From a virus (taxonomy: Duplodnaviria; Caudoviricetes): DNA of 64,000 nt. The position numbers and the translations under genes are program-made. Location of the stretch: IMG/VR virus record IMGVR_UViG_3300042892_000699; one strand, given 5' to 3'. The notes beneath the pieces are model-generated. The model had not been told where the DNA came from. It saw nothing but the letters and a program-made list of their open reading frames with translations, and did not search any database. Shown one piece after another: positions 1 to 9,419 of this stretch (positions are counted from its first letter, which is position 1; each line of letters opens with the position of its first letter).

Positions 1-2
1 AT

Positions 3-110
3 CAGCTTCTTCTGCCCGAGCACATGAACGCAGAATATTTTGACAACTGGGAAAATCAAATGCGTAAGATTCCGCAATTTAATATTGTGGACTGCGTAAG
101 ATTTATGTAA
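3..110 (+). CDS. 3' end of a CDS truncated by the window edge
   Basis: Open frame QLLLPEHMNAEYFDNWENQMRKIPQFNIVDCVRFM ends in TAA at 108-110, directly abutting the ATG at 111. Confidence 0.5.
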   Translation, partial: QLLLPEHMNAEYFDNWENQMRKIPQFNIVDCVRFM

Positions 111-1274
111 ATGGCATTATCATCCTTTCCTACTATAGTAACAAGAGATTTAGTTTTTTGTTACGATATGAACAACACTGGAAAGTCGTGGTTAGGTGCT
201 CCTACGATCAATCGTGTGGCTCCTGCGTGGATAAGTTGGGGAATCGATGGTTCAGGCACAGTAAACATAGGAACTAGAACAATTTTAAGTGACTGGCATT
301 GTAGAATAAATGACTATAATCACAATACTCGACAATCAATTTATGTAACCGGATTATCTGGAAGCATAACTTATACATTTTCAGTAAAATTTAAAAAACT
401 AGAAGGTGCTCCAACACTGCGGTTTCAACTACAGTCTTATAATGGCGGCACATTTTTAGGCTCAGTGTTTCCTACTACAGTTCAATTGGGACTAACTGAT
501 AAAGAAGGTTGGCAAACTGCATTTTTCTCTTACACAACTTCAGCAGGTGCTGATCGAGTGTTATGGTTCATGCAAGACGGGGATGATTATGTCACCTACA
601 CTCATTCTTTCGAACTCAAAGAACCGCAGTGTGAACAACAATCTTTTGTTACACCTTTTGTATCAGGAACAAGATCAAATACGCAGGCCATTGTAGATCT
701 TACCGGTAATAATATCATCACCGCAACCTCACTAACTTACAATAGCGGCGGTACGTTTAGTTTTGTTAGGGCTAATTCAAATTATATAAACATTTCTGCA
801 AACACAAACACCCGTTTTCAAAATAGTCAGCAAACATGGTCGGCCTGGATAAACATTGCAAGCTTCGGACCCAACGGATATAGCGAACTTTATAATAACG
901 GCGGAAATCTAGGTGCTTCAATACAATGGCGAGCAAATGCAATTGGTTTTTTTATATATAATGGTGCATATTTAGACTATGCAGTTTCAGTAACAAATGC
1001 ACTGAATACCTGGATGAACATAACTTGTGTTATAGATAATGTTGCAAGAGTTATGCTTGTATACAAGAATGGTGCATTGGTAGGAACAAGTCCGCAATGG
1101 GCAACATATACGCTACCTAACGGCAGCGTACATATTGGTGGGAACTTTGCAACAGGAAATGGTGGAGATGTTACTCAAGGCAACATTCCCACTGTTCAAC
1201 TTTATAATCGAGCATTGAGTGCAGTTGAAATTAAACAAAATTTTAACGCACATCGAGGAAGGTATAATTTATAA
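111..1274 (+). CDS. LamG/concanavalin-A-like lectin protein with inserted CBM-like domain (paralog 1); putative virion adhesin
   Basis: N-terminal LVFCYDMNNTGKSWLGAPT; C-terminal LamG signature WMNITCV...VYKNG...IGG...VQLYNRALSAVEIKQNFNAHRGRY. Confidence 0.75.
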   Translation: MALSSFPTIVTRDLVFCYDMNNTGKSWLGAPTINRVAPAWISWGIDGSGTVNIGTRTILSDWHCRINDYNHNTRQSIYVTGLSGSITYTFSVKFKKLEGAPTLRFQLQSYNGGTFLGSVFPTTVQLGLTDKEGWQTAFFSYTTSAGADRVLWFMQDGDDYVTYTHSFELKEPQCEQQSFVTPFVSGTRSNTQAIVDLTGNNIITATSLTYNSGGTFSFVRANSNYINISANTNTRFQNSQQTWSAWINIASFGPNGYSELYNNGGNLGASIQWRANAIGFFIYNGAYLDYAVSVTNALNTWMNITCVIDNVARVMLVYKNGALVGTSPQWATYTLPNGSVHIGGNFATGNGGDVTQGNIPTVQLYNRALSAVEIKQNFNAHRGRYNL

Positions 1275-1275
1275 T

Positions 1276-2439
1276 ATGGCAATAGGACATTCTGCATCAG
1301 TTGTTGCTTCTGACCTAGTGTTTTACTACGACATGTTAAATCCTAAGTCGTGGTTAGGTGCTCCTACGACTAATCGTTGTAGCGCAAACACTATTCATAC
1401 CAACTGGAATAACAGCGGAACAGCAACATGGATAAACGACGATCCTTATATTCCTAGGCTATATCCGGATATTATAACAGTGTCTATGACAAAAGACACT
1501 GTAGGGAACAGCCACATTGCTCTCGGTTATGCAACATTGGCAGCAAATACAGTTTATACAGTAAGCGTACACGTTTATATTCCCAGTAATACAACTACAT
1601 TGGCCAGCAGTCAACCATACATAAGACCGTTTCCTGGAAACTTTAATGCAGCAAATTTAGAATACAACGGCAGTAGTGACTGGAATATTTGGCCTAAAGA
1701 TAGATGGATCAGAATTAGTAAAACATTTACCAACTCTGCAACAGATACTGAAATGTATATTTCCTGTTACTTAGATAATGCAGGCAGCAAAATTGCATTT
1801 ACTGCACCTATGGTTGAAGCTAACTCTTTTGCTACACCTTATACTCCTGTCAGTACTTCGAGATCAAATACGCAGGTAATAACAGATTTAATGAATCGAA
1901 GAACAATTACTGCAACCAATTTAACTTATAACAGTAATAATACTTTTAGTTTTAACGGGTCGACTAATAATATTGTTACAAACTCATTTACTTCATCGTT
2001 AGATTTTACAATCAGCATCTGGGTAAGGATGACTTCTGGTCTAGTGGCACAACAACGTCTTGTATCTTCCGATTCGGCAGGAACTTTTACAATTTACTGG
2101 TCAGGCAGCGACTTTGGATTTCATTACAATCCGTTAGACGCATCGCCACCGTCGACTGCTACTGCGGCCACAGGGTTAAGTTACTCTATAAATAGTTGGT
2201 ATAATTTAACAGCAACAAATAATGCAACGGCAGGCACTAGATTTTATGTCAATGGTGTTCTACGAGCAGTTGGAGAAACAAGTGTTCCTCTTGCAGGAAA
2301 TATAACTTTTGGTTCAGACCGTACAAATTCATTACATGCTGCTGCACAAATTCCAGTCGCACTGATTTATAATAGAGTACTAACCGCTGACGAAGTTAAT
2401 AAAAACTTTAATGCACTAAGAGGAAGATATTCAGTATGA
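1276..2439 (+). CDS. LamG-like lectin protein (paralog 2)
   Basis: Start moved to ATG 1276 (MAIGHS), which matches the paralog N-termini; LVFYYDMLNPKSWLGAPT ... IYNRVLTADEVNKNFNALRGRY. Confidence 0.75.
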   Translation: MAIGHSASVVASDLVFYYDMLNPKSWLGAPTTNRCSANTIHTNWNNSGTATWINDDPYIPRLYPDIITVSMTKDTVGNSHIALGYATLAANTVYTVSVHVYIPSNTTTLASSQPYIRPFPGNFNAANLEYNGSSDWNIWPKDRWIRISKTFTNSATDTEMYISCYLDNAGSKIAFTAPMVEANSFATPYTPVSTSRSNTQVITDLMNRRTITATNLTYNSNNTFSFNGSTNNIVTNSFTSSLDFTISIWVRMTSGLVAQQRLVSSDSAGTFTIYWSGSDFGFHYNPLDASPPSTATAATGLSYSINSWYNLTATNNATAGTRFYVNGVLRAVGETSVPLAGNITFGSDRTNSLHAAAQIPVALIYNRVLTADEVNKNFNALRGRYSV

Positions 2440-3650
2440 GTGTGAGAGCAAATCCTTACATCGAAACTAATGGTTTGGTATTTTGTTATGATATGAATAA
2501 CACTAAATCATGGCAAGGTGCTCCTACGACTAATCAGTTTACGTTGCCCACGGCAGATGTAAACGGTTTTGGAGTTCAAAATAGTACATTTACTAGAATT
2601 CGAACTGGAATGTATGGCGGATACGATATTAAGCCAACTGACTACGTTTGGAGATATAATATCTCTGGTAACGATTGTCCGTATCATGGGTGGGATATCC
2701 CAACACCTAGCGGATCCGTAGTTACATTTTCTTTCGATTACTTTGTAGATTTATCCTGTGTTAACTATCCGTCTAATAACTATCTAGCAAATTTTGAAAA
2801 TGCAGGCAGTGGCGTAGGTGGCGCTTATGGAGACCCTACCCCCTCAATTAAAGGAGTTTGGAAAAGAGCCTATTTCACTTCAACTGCAACCGCAACAGGT
2901 AATTCTAGATGCCTGCTGTATCCGGGAGCATGTGGAACAAGATTAGCAGATTCTGGGTTTATACTTTATAAAAATCCACAGGTTGAATTTAATGCTCCAG
3001 GGGGAATTCCTACGCCGTTTGTTGCAGGCTCTCGGTCGGCTACACAGGCAGTTTTAGATCTTACCAACAACAATGTTGTTACTGTAAATGCATTAACTTA
3101 TAACAGCGACGGTACTTTTAGCATTAATAACATTGCAGCATCGTCTTTAAGTATTCCAGATTCTTCTATTACAAGACCTACCTCACTAACAATATCAGCA
3201 TGGGTAAGGATGAATGTCTACAATCCGTTAAATGATTTTGATGGATCATATCCTACCATTGCATGGAAATGTAATTCAGATAATTCAGGCGGCGGCGGGT
3301 CTTATGGATTGAGCCTCGCAGCTCCTAATCCTAGATTTGCAGTTTCTTCTACACAATTAATCAGTGCGTCACCGTTAACATATGGTGTTTGGGTAAACCT
3401 TGTTGGAACGTATTCTGCAGGCGGAGCAATGGTGCTTTATAGGAATGGAGTAGTAGATGCTAGCACAACGGGGCCTGCGTCAATTCCTTATTCTGCACAA
3501 GTATTTTCAGTAGGATCTAGGATATTCAGTGGAGTATATCAGTATCCGTGGAATGGCAGCATTGGATTAGTGAAACTTTACAACCGAGCATTGACCTCGT
3601 CAGAAGTTCGTCAGAACTTTAATTCAATTAAAGGGAGGTATGGACTATGA
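2436..3650 (+). CDS. LamG-like lectin protein (paralog 3)
   Basis: LVFCYDMNNTKSWQGAPT ... LYNRALTSSEVRQNFNSIKGRY; ATGA overlap with the upstream gene. Confidence 0.75.
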   Translation: MSVRANPYIETNGLVFCYDMNNTKSWQGAPTTNQFTLPTADVNGFGVQNSTFTRIRTGMYGGYDIKPTDYVWRYNISGNDCPYHGWDIPTPSGSVVTFSFDYFVDLSCVNYPSNNYLANFENAGSGVGGAYGDPTPSIKGVWKRAYFTSTATATGNSRCLLYPGACGTRLADSGFILYKNPQVEFNAPGGIPTPFVAGSRSATQAVLDLTNNNVVTVNALTYNSDGTFSINNIAASSLSIPDSSITRPTSLTISAWVRMNVYNPLNDFDGSYPTIAWKCNSDNSGGGGSYGLSLAAPNPRFAVSSTQLISASPLTYGVWVNLVGTYSAGGAMVLYRNGVVDASTTGPASIPYSAQVFSVGSRIFSGVYQYPWNGSIGLVKLYNRALTSSEVRQNFNSIKGRYGL

Positions 3651-4792
3651 GTGTGTCAAGCGGCCCGTTATTAACTACTAACGGATTGGTGTTTTACTAC
3701 GATATGACAAATACACAAAAGTCGTGGCAAGGTGCTCCTACGACTAATGTACTTACAAACACTAATCTAGACACAGGATGGAGTCAAGGTTATAATACAA
3801 GTATTATTATAGGTGATACTTCAGCTGGGTCTCCCCCGGGAGTCGAATCTCAAGTAGTGTCGTTTATCGACTCGGATAATAATGGCTCGGGTTATTGGTA
3901 TTCCTACGGTAACTTTGCTCCTCAAGCAGACAGCACTACGTACTCTGTATCTGTATGGGCAAGGACTGTAGGAGCTGATTGGGTTATACAACCCTATACC
4001 GCAGATAATTCCGAAGCAAATCGAGTTTGGTTAACAGCTAAAACAGTAACAGGTAATGGTGTTTGGCAAAGATTAGAATGGCCTAATGCATTTACTACAG
4101 GGGTTGGATGGGACTCGGACTCGTTAAGTTTTCAATTTAATTCAATACCTGCAGGACAACGATGCTGGTTGTGCGCACCGCAAATGGAACCTTTAAGTTA
4201 TTGCACACCGTTTGTAAATGGAACAAGATCTAGTTCACAGGCATTGTTAGATCTAACAGGTAGGAATACTCTTACTGCGGCAAACATGGTATATTCTAAC
4301 AATATATTCACGTTTAACGGCGGTACTTCTTGCTTTGATCTTAATAATAACGCTCTAATATCGGGTACACAAGACTTTACAATCGAAGCAGTGTACTATA
4401 CTTCTGCAACAGACACTGCTGGGAGAGAAATTATAGGAAACTATGGCACAGGTGCTACTGCTAATACTCTATGGTTTGCCACCCACGGTCTGTGGATCAA
4501 CGGAGCAACTCCGTATCACGCAGGCAGTCCACTAAGAAACGGCACATATTATACAGCGGCAACTCGCTTGGGCAGTGCAACTTCTTTATATAAAAACGGT
4601 GCTTTGGAACTAACAGGAACAAACTCTACTTCCATTGCAGTAGGACAAAACTGGCGTATAGGTAAAGATGTAGGTGGTGACGGAGAACCTTTTTTGGGCA
4701 ATATCTACATGGTAAGAGTCTACAATCGGGCACTTAATGCAGGTGAAATTTATCAAAACTACAATGCTGTACGCACTAGGTACGGTATATAA
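3647..4792 (+). CDS. LamG-like lectin protein (paralog 4)
   Basis: LVFYYDMTNTQKSWQGAPT ... VYNRALNAGEIYQNYNAVRTRY; ATGA overlap. Confidence 0.75.
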   Translation: MSVSSGPLLTTNGLVFYYDMTNTQKSWQGAPTTNVLTNTNLDTGWSQGYNTSIIIGDTSAGSPPGVESQVVSFIDSDNNGSGYWYSYGNFAPQADSTTYSVSVWARTVGADWVIQPYTADNSEANRVWLTAKTVTGNGVWQRLEWPNAFTTGVGWDSDSLSFQFNSIPAGQRCWLCAPQMEPLSYCTPFVNGTRSSSQALLDLTGRNTLTAANMVYSNNIFTFNGGTSCFDLNNNALISGTQDFTIEAVYYTSATDTAGREIIGNYGTGATANTLWFATHGLWINGATPYHAGSPLRNGTYYTAATRLGSATSLYKNGALELTGTNSTSIAVGQNWRIGKDVGGDGEPFLGNIYMVRVYNRALNAGEIYQNYNAVRTRYGI

Positions 4793-4819
4793 CAAGAATA
4801 CACTAAAATAGTTTAACGA

Positions 4820-4825
4820 TAAATA
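4820..4825 (+). promoter_or_regulatory. T4 gp55-type late promoter motif TAAATA
   Basis: TAAATA upstream of tail fibre 1; the same motif recurs before most structural genes. Confidence 0.6.
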
Positions 4826-4847
4826 TAAGATCGGAATACGTTAAACT

Positions 4848-7800
4848 ATGGCACTATCAGACCGCGACATTATTATTACGCCCAACAGAGGCGCAAGTTC
4901 AGAACCTATAATCAGCCTTAGAGGCGGAGATGCATCGTCTAGTGCAACTATGACGATGCGAATAGTTAATTCCGGAACTGTTTCAACACTGAGTTTTGAA
5001 GGTACATCGGGGCAGCTGTTTGCTGTATCTGATACATTTGCTGGAACTATATTTTCAGCGAACGATATTTCAGGAATTCCCAGCATCGAAGTATTAGACA
5101 ACGGTGCAGTAAAACTAGCAGAATACAACGGTCAAGTACAGATCGGCGGCGCAACTAATGCAAGTAATGCAACTTCTACAGCAACTGGTGAACTGAGAGT
5201 AGTAGGCGGCGCAGGTGTATGGAAAGATCTAGTTGTTGGCGGAAGTATTACCGTAGCAGGATCAATAAATGCTGCTTCAATATCTGGTACAGTTACTAAT
5301 TCAACTAACGTCACTGTTACTAACGACACAACAAACGCCAGTACACACTATCTTACCATGGTGTCGGGCACTAGTGGAAACTTACCTATCAAAGTTGACG
5401 GTACTGGTTTAGTATGGATTCCTAGTACAAACAGATTAGGAGTTGCAAACACTACACCTAGTTTTTCTCTTGATGTAGGTCCTCAAACTGGTCCGCTACA
5501 AACTGTGGCTAGATTTGGTAATCCTGGAAGTGATATCCTTATAACTCATGCCAGTGCTATTATCAGTCATAATGCTTATTACAACGGTGCCTGGCTAAGG
5601 TCTGCTGCCGGTTACGCAAGTCAGGTTGAATTACAAAACGGTCTATTCAACTTCCAAACAACTCCGACTACTGCCGCAGCCGGAAGTAGTATTACTGACT
5701 GGACTTCAAGATTGATGATTTTAAACAACGGCGACGTTGGTATAGGAACAGCAAGTCCGGCAGCAACTCTGCACATTGTTAGATCTTCAAATCCCTATAC
5801 TAGAATACAAACAGGCGGTGGATCATATTCGTATCTACAATTAGATGACGGTAGTTCGAACGGATACTTGATTAAAAACGTTTCTGCCGGTACAGGAAAT
5901 AATGCTCTTCCAGGAGCACTGTATACATACACTGACAACAGTAAGGCATTTCAACATATTCATAGCGGAACCCCATTGTTTACAATCCTATCTACGGGGT
6001 TTGTAGGTATCGGAACAACAGCACCTGCATATAAATTTAGTGTAAACACAGCGGCTGACGTGTGGCATGCACAGTTTGGTACCAGTGGTGGTAAGCAGGT
6101 AAGAATTGGCGGCAGTACAACTAACGGTAGCGTTATTGGCGCATACAACACCGACGATAACTCTAGCCCAGCAAGTTTATTACTACAGAGAGATGGCGGT
6201 AACGTAGGTATCGGTATAGCAGCCCCTAGTGTAAAATTACATGTTGTTGGTTCAAGTATTTTGTCAAACAATACCGGTATCGACCCTGATGCATATACCA
6301 ACACAGTGGTAGCAGGAGCAATTGCCGACGGCAGTGGTTGGGGAGTAAGCTCTGCAATTGGCGGAAATGCAGGCACCGGTGATTCATGGGCGATTGGTCA
6401 TAATGGTAATTACCTATATTATGGTGTAGGTAACGGTGCAGCAGATAATACATTTGCAACCTATATGGTTACTGGAGGAACTGGAAGGCACCTGTGGCTA
6501 ACTCCGGCTTCGGGAGGTAGTGTTGGTATCGGAGTTGCAGAAGGTACAACTCCCGGTCGTAAGTTAGATGTAAACGGCACTACTAACATCAGCAGTCACA
6601 TTACACAAGGTACTTTAGTTTCTAGACCGAACGTAACATGGGGTGCAAGTGGATCTAGTACCGGTGCAGTGGTTATTAAGTTCCCTGGCGGAACCGGCAA
6701 CTACGGTATGGTCCATGTGGTTATTGACATCTATACATATGACGGTGAACATGCAAGTACTGTAATTGTAGGTGGACACAACTGGAACAGTGCATGGTAT
6801 AATTTTGGAGCTACATTAGTAGGTAGTTATAGTAAGGGTGTGCGTGTTGCATTCAAAGACGGTCAGTATGCAATTGTCTTGGGTAATAATACCAGCACAT
6901 GGAGTTATGGTCAGGTAATAGTTAGAAAAATTCAAAACGGTAGTTACTATAGTGGTGTTATGGATCTTGGTGGTACCTATAGTATTGCACAGGATGCATC
7001 AGCTGAATCGTATACTTATATTTCAGGCAATTTAATTACAGCAGGAGCAGGGTCTAGCGGAGGTTGGAATTCTAGTAATGATGGTTCCGGATCTGGTCTA
7101 GATGCTGACTTGTTAGACGGTATTGATAGTTCTAGTTTTGTTAGAGACGATGCAACATCTAACGGTTACATTGATTTAAACGGTGGTACACAAAATTCAC
7201 CAACTGACGCTACTATATACGCAACTGCTACTAATAACAACGACTGGTTATTAAGACTTAATGCACAGAACTCAAGTAAAACTGAATATGGTGCTTATGT
7301 TCAAATACCGAGTGCTGCAACTTATGCGTGGGCAGTTTATTCGGATAGTAACACATGGAACTGGCGAATTAACGGAGCAGGACAATCGTTCTCCCCTATC
7401 TATTACGATGTCAACGACACTGCCCGATTTATGGACATGAACGGCAACAATACAAGTCAGATAGGTAATTTGAGATTAAATGGTGACTGGTCTACAGGAT
7501 CGCACGCTGAACAGTTAACTGTTCGAGGAACTTATGCTAGTATGTGTTTAAGAGCCACTAATGGTAATCAACCCTATTGGTTATTCCATAATGACTCTAC
7601 CTCGGCCTTGTTATTTTATGGAGGCCGAGGTGCTGTAGATGGAAGTTCCTGGGATTGGGGATTTAGGATTTATGGAGCGTCTGATGGTCTTTATGGAGAA
7701 GGTCGTAACAGCCTGCGAGCACCTATATTCTACGATACCAATGATACTAATTATTATGGTGACTTTGCAAGCAGTTCTAGTTTTAATAATGTAGCCGTAA

Positions 7801-9416
7801 GAGGTGATTTAAATTCAGCCAGCGTATCTAACGGAACTTTAACACTATGGAGTTCTGGAGGAACTTCGACTTCTAGAATACAATTTAAGAATCAAGGTTC
7901 GATAGGATGGGGATTACATGGCGCACTTACAGAAGGCTATGCAACCTACTGGGATATGGATACAAATGGACGTGGTTGGATTTTTAGAAATGCAACGTCC
8001 GGAGCAAACGTAGCCAGTATTGGAAATAGTACCGGTGTTACAACACTGGGTTCATCCTGGGGAACTGGTACGACTCACGCTCAATTAAACGTGCAGCAGG
8101 GTACAAGTAGTGCTATAACATATAGAGACATTGACTTAAAAGGAGGGTGGAGTGGTGGTGAAGGTCACGCTATCAGTGCCACATATGGTTCAAGTGCAGT
8201 TAATCTAGTCGGTCAACAAGTATTCCAACACGACGGTCCTGGATCGAGAATTAAGTGGGGTAGATTGTATCATAGTGGAGATGTATCTGCATATCCTATG
8301 CAGTTAATTTCTGAGAACAATGCTGGTCAAGCATATTTAGAAATTAATTCGGGTTCAATGAGAGCCCCATTGTACTACGATCATAACAATACCAGCTTCT
8401 ACATGGATTTTGCCGGCTACAGCAGAATCAATCAACTGACAATAGCTCATGGAAGAACCAACACATCTGAACAACAACCAGTGGGTCATTTTTCGCACAG
8501 CGATGAAGTATTTTCTATAGATCCTAGTTGGACCACAGATCAATTACGTGCTATGTTTAGCGGCAGCACCAACGTAAATTGGGTCGCAGACAGTACAGCA
8601 CCGGGTGGGTACGCTATTTCTCTCGCAGGCGCTATAAATGTAGGTAATACTGTTTATGGTAGCGGTGTTCCTTGGATCGCTGTAGATCAAGACGATATTT
8701 TCTATATGGAAGTATGGATGAAAAACGTGGTCACGCAGAATGGTCACTACATGGGCAGTATCGATTTCGATCATAACTTTAGCTCTCTAGGTGGAAACCC
8801 AGGTAGTTTTGGTTACTGGGTCATGTCAAACAATGCTCCGAGCGTAGGATCTTGGGTTAAGTATACTGGATATATTGGTGGTTTTGGCAGTAGTACTGGG
8901 CAGTTTAAGCCCGGAACAAAATACTGGACACCACAGGCATTGTTTAACTACACAGGCGGCGGCACTTCTTATATATCAGGATGGAAAGCAATCAGAGTGC
9001 GTCATCCAGGAAATAGAACTTTTGCAGGTGAAGTTCGTGCAACCAGTGAAATTACTGCCTACTATGGATCTGATGAAAGACTAAAAGAAAACATTCAACC
9101 TATTGCAAGTCCCATGGCCATGCTCGAGTCTATTAGAGGTGTATATTTTGACTGGACACAGGAACATATACAATCCCGTGGCGGAGAAGATGGTTTCTTT
9201 GTAAGAAAACATGACATAGGTGTTATTGCTCAAGAAGTTGAAGCGATACTACCAGAAATTGTTGCAACTAGACCTGATGGTTTCAAAGCGGTTAAATATG
9301 AGAAGCTGGTTCCGTTGCTGATAGAAGCAATTAAAGATCAAAAATCTACCATAGATCATCTCAGCGCAGAAGTGCAGGAATTAAAAGAATTAGTGCGAAA
9401 AAGTTTAGGAAAATAA
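4848..9416 (+). CDS. Long tail fibre protein with C-terminal intramolecular chaperone (peptidase S74-type) domain
   Basis: 1522 aa, G/S/T/N-rich, with GNVGIGTxxP-type repeats and DADLLDG; C-terminal SDERLKENI...IRGVYFDW...IGVIAQEVEAILPEIV...VKYEKLVPLLIEAIK plus coiled coil. Confidence 0.9.
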   Translation: MALSDRDIIITPNRGASSEPIISLRGGDASSSATMTMRIVNSGTVSTLSFEGTSGQLFAVSDTFAGTIFSANDISGIPSIEVLDNGAVKLAEYNGQVQIGGATNASNATSTATGELRVVGGAGVWKDLVVGGSITVAGSINAASISGTVTNSTNVTVTNDTTNASTHYLTMVSGTSGNLPIKVDGTGLVWIPSTNRLGVANTTPSFSLDVGPQTGPLQTVARFGNPGSDILITHASAIISHNAYYNGAWLRSAAGYASQVELQNGLFNFQTTPTTAAAGSSITDWTSRLMILNNGDVGIGTASPAATLHIVRSSNPYTRIQTGGGSYSYLQLDDGSSNGYLIKNVSAGTGNNALPGALYTYTDNSKAFQHIHSGTPLFTILSTGFVGIGTTAPAYKFSVNTAADVWHAQFGTSGGKQVRIGGSTTNGSVIGAYNTDDNSSPASLLLQRDGGNVGIGIAAPSVKLHVVGSSILSNNTGIDPDAYTNTVVAGAIADGSGWGVSSAIGGNAGTGDSWAIGHNGNYLYYGVGNGAADNTFATYMVTGGTGRHLWLTPASGGSVGIGVAEGTTPGRKLDVNGTTNISSHITQGTLVSRPNVTWGASGSSTGAVVIKFPGGTGNYGMVHVVIDIYTYDGEHASTVIVGGHNWNSAWYNFGATLVGSYSKGVRVAFKDGQYAIVLGNNTSTWSYGQVIVRKIQNGSYYSGVMDLGGTYSIAQDASAESYTYISGNLITAGAGSSGGWNSSNDGSGSGLDADLLDGIDSSSFVRDDATSNGYIDLNGGTQNSPTDATIYATATNNNDWLLRLNAQNSSKTEYGAYVQIPSAATYAWAVYSDSNTWNWRINGAGQSFSPIYYDVNDTARFMDMNGNNTSQIGNLRLNGDWSTGSHAEQLTVRGTYASMCLRATNGNQPYWLFHNDSTSALLFYGGRGAVDGSSWDWGFRIYGASDGLYGEGRNSLRAPIFYDTNDTNYYGDFASSSSFNNVAVRGDLNSASVSNGTLTLWSSGGTSTSRIQFKNQGSIGWGLHGALTEGYATYWDMDTNGRGWIFRNATSGANVASIGNSTGVTTLGSSWGTGTTHAQLNVQQGTSSAITYRDIDLKGGWSGGEGHAISATYGSSAVNLVGQQVFQHDGPGSRIKWGRLYHSGDVSAYPMQLISENNAGQAYLEINSGSMRAPLYYDHNNTSFYMDFAGYSRINQLTIAHGRTNTSEQQPVGHFSHSDEVFSIDPSWTTDQLRAMFSGSTNVNWVADSTAPGGYAISLAGAINVGNTVYGSGVPWIAVDQDDIFYMEVWMKNVVTQNGHYMGSIDFDHNFSSLGGNPGSFGYWVMSNNAPSVGSWVKYTGYIGGFGSSTGQFKPGTKYWTPQALFNYTGGGTSYISGWKAIRVRHPGNRTFAGEVRATSEITAYYGSDERLKENIQPIASPMAMLESIRGVYFDWTQEHIQSRGGEDGFFVRKHDIGVIAQEVEAILPEIVATRPDGFKAVKYEKLVPLLIEAIKDQKSTIDHLSAEVQELKELVRKSLGK

Positions 9417-9419
9417 AGA

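Larger units (their letters stand above)
194..3743 (+). repeat. Dispersed 14-bp exact repeat AGGTGCTCCTACGA, one copy per LamG paralog (194-207, 1356-1369, 2516-2529, 3730-3743)
   Basis: Read directly. It extends to an identical 25-mer between copies 1 and 2 (183-207, 1345-1369) and an identical 24-mer between copies 3 and 4 (2511-2534, 3725-3748). Confidence 0.9.
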
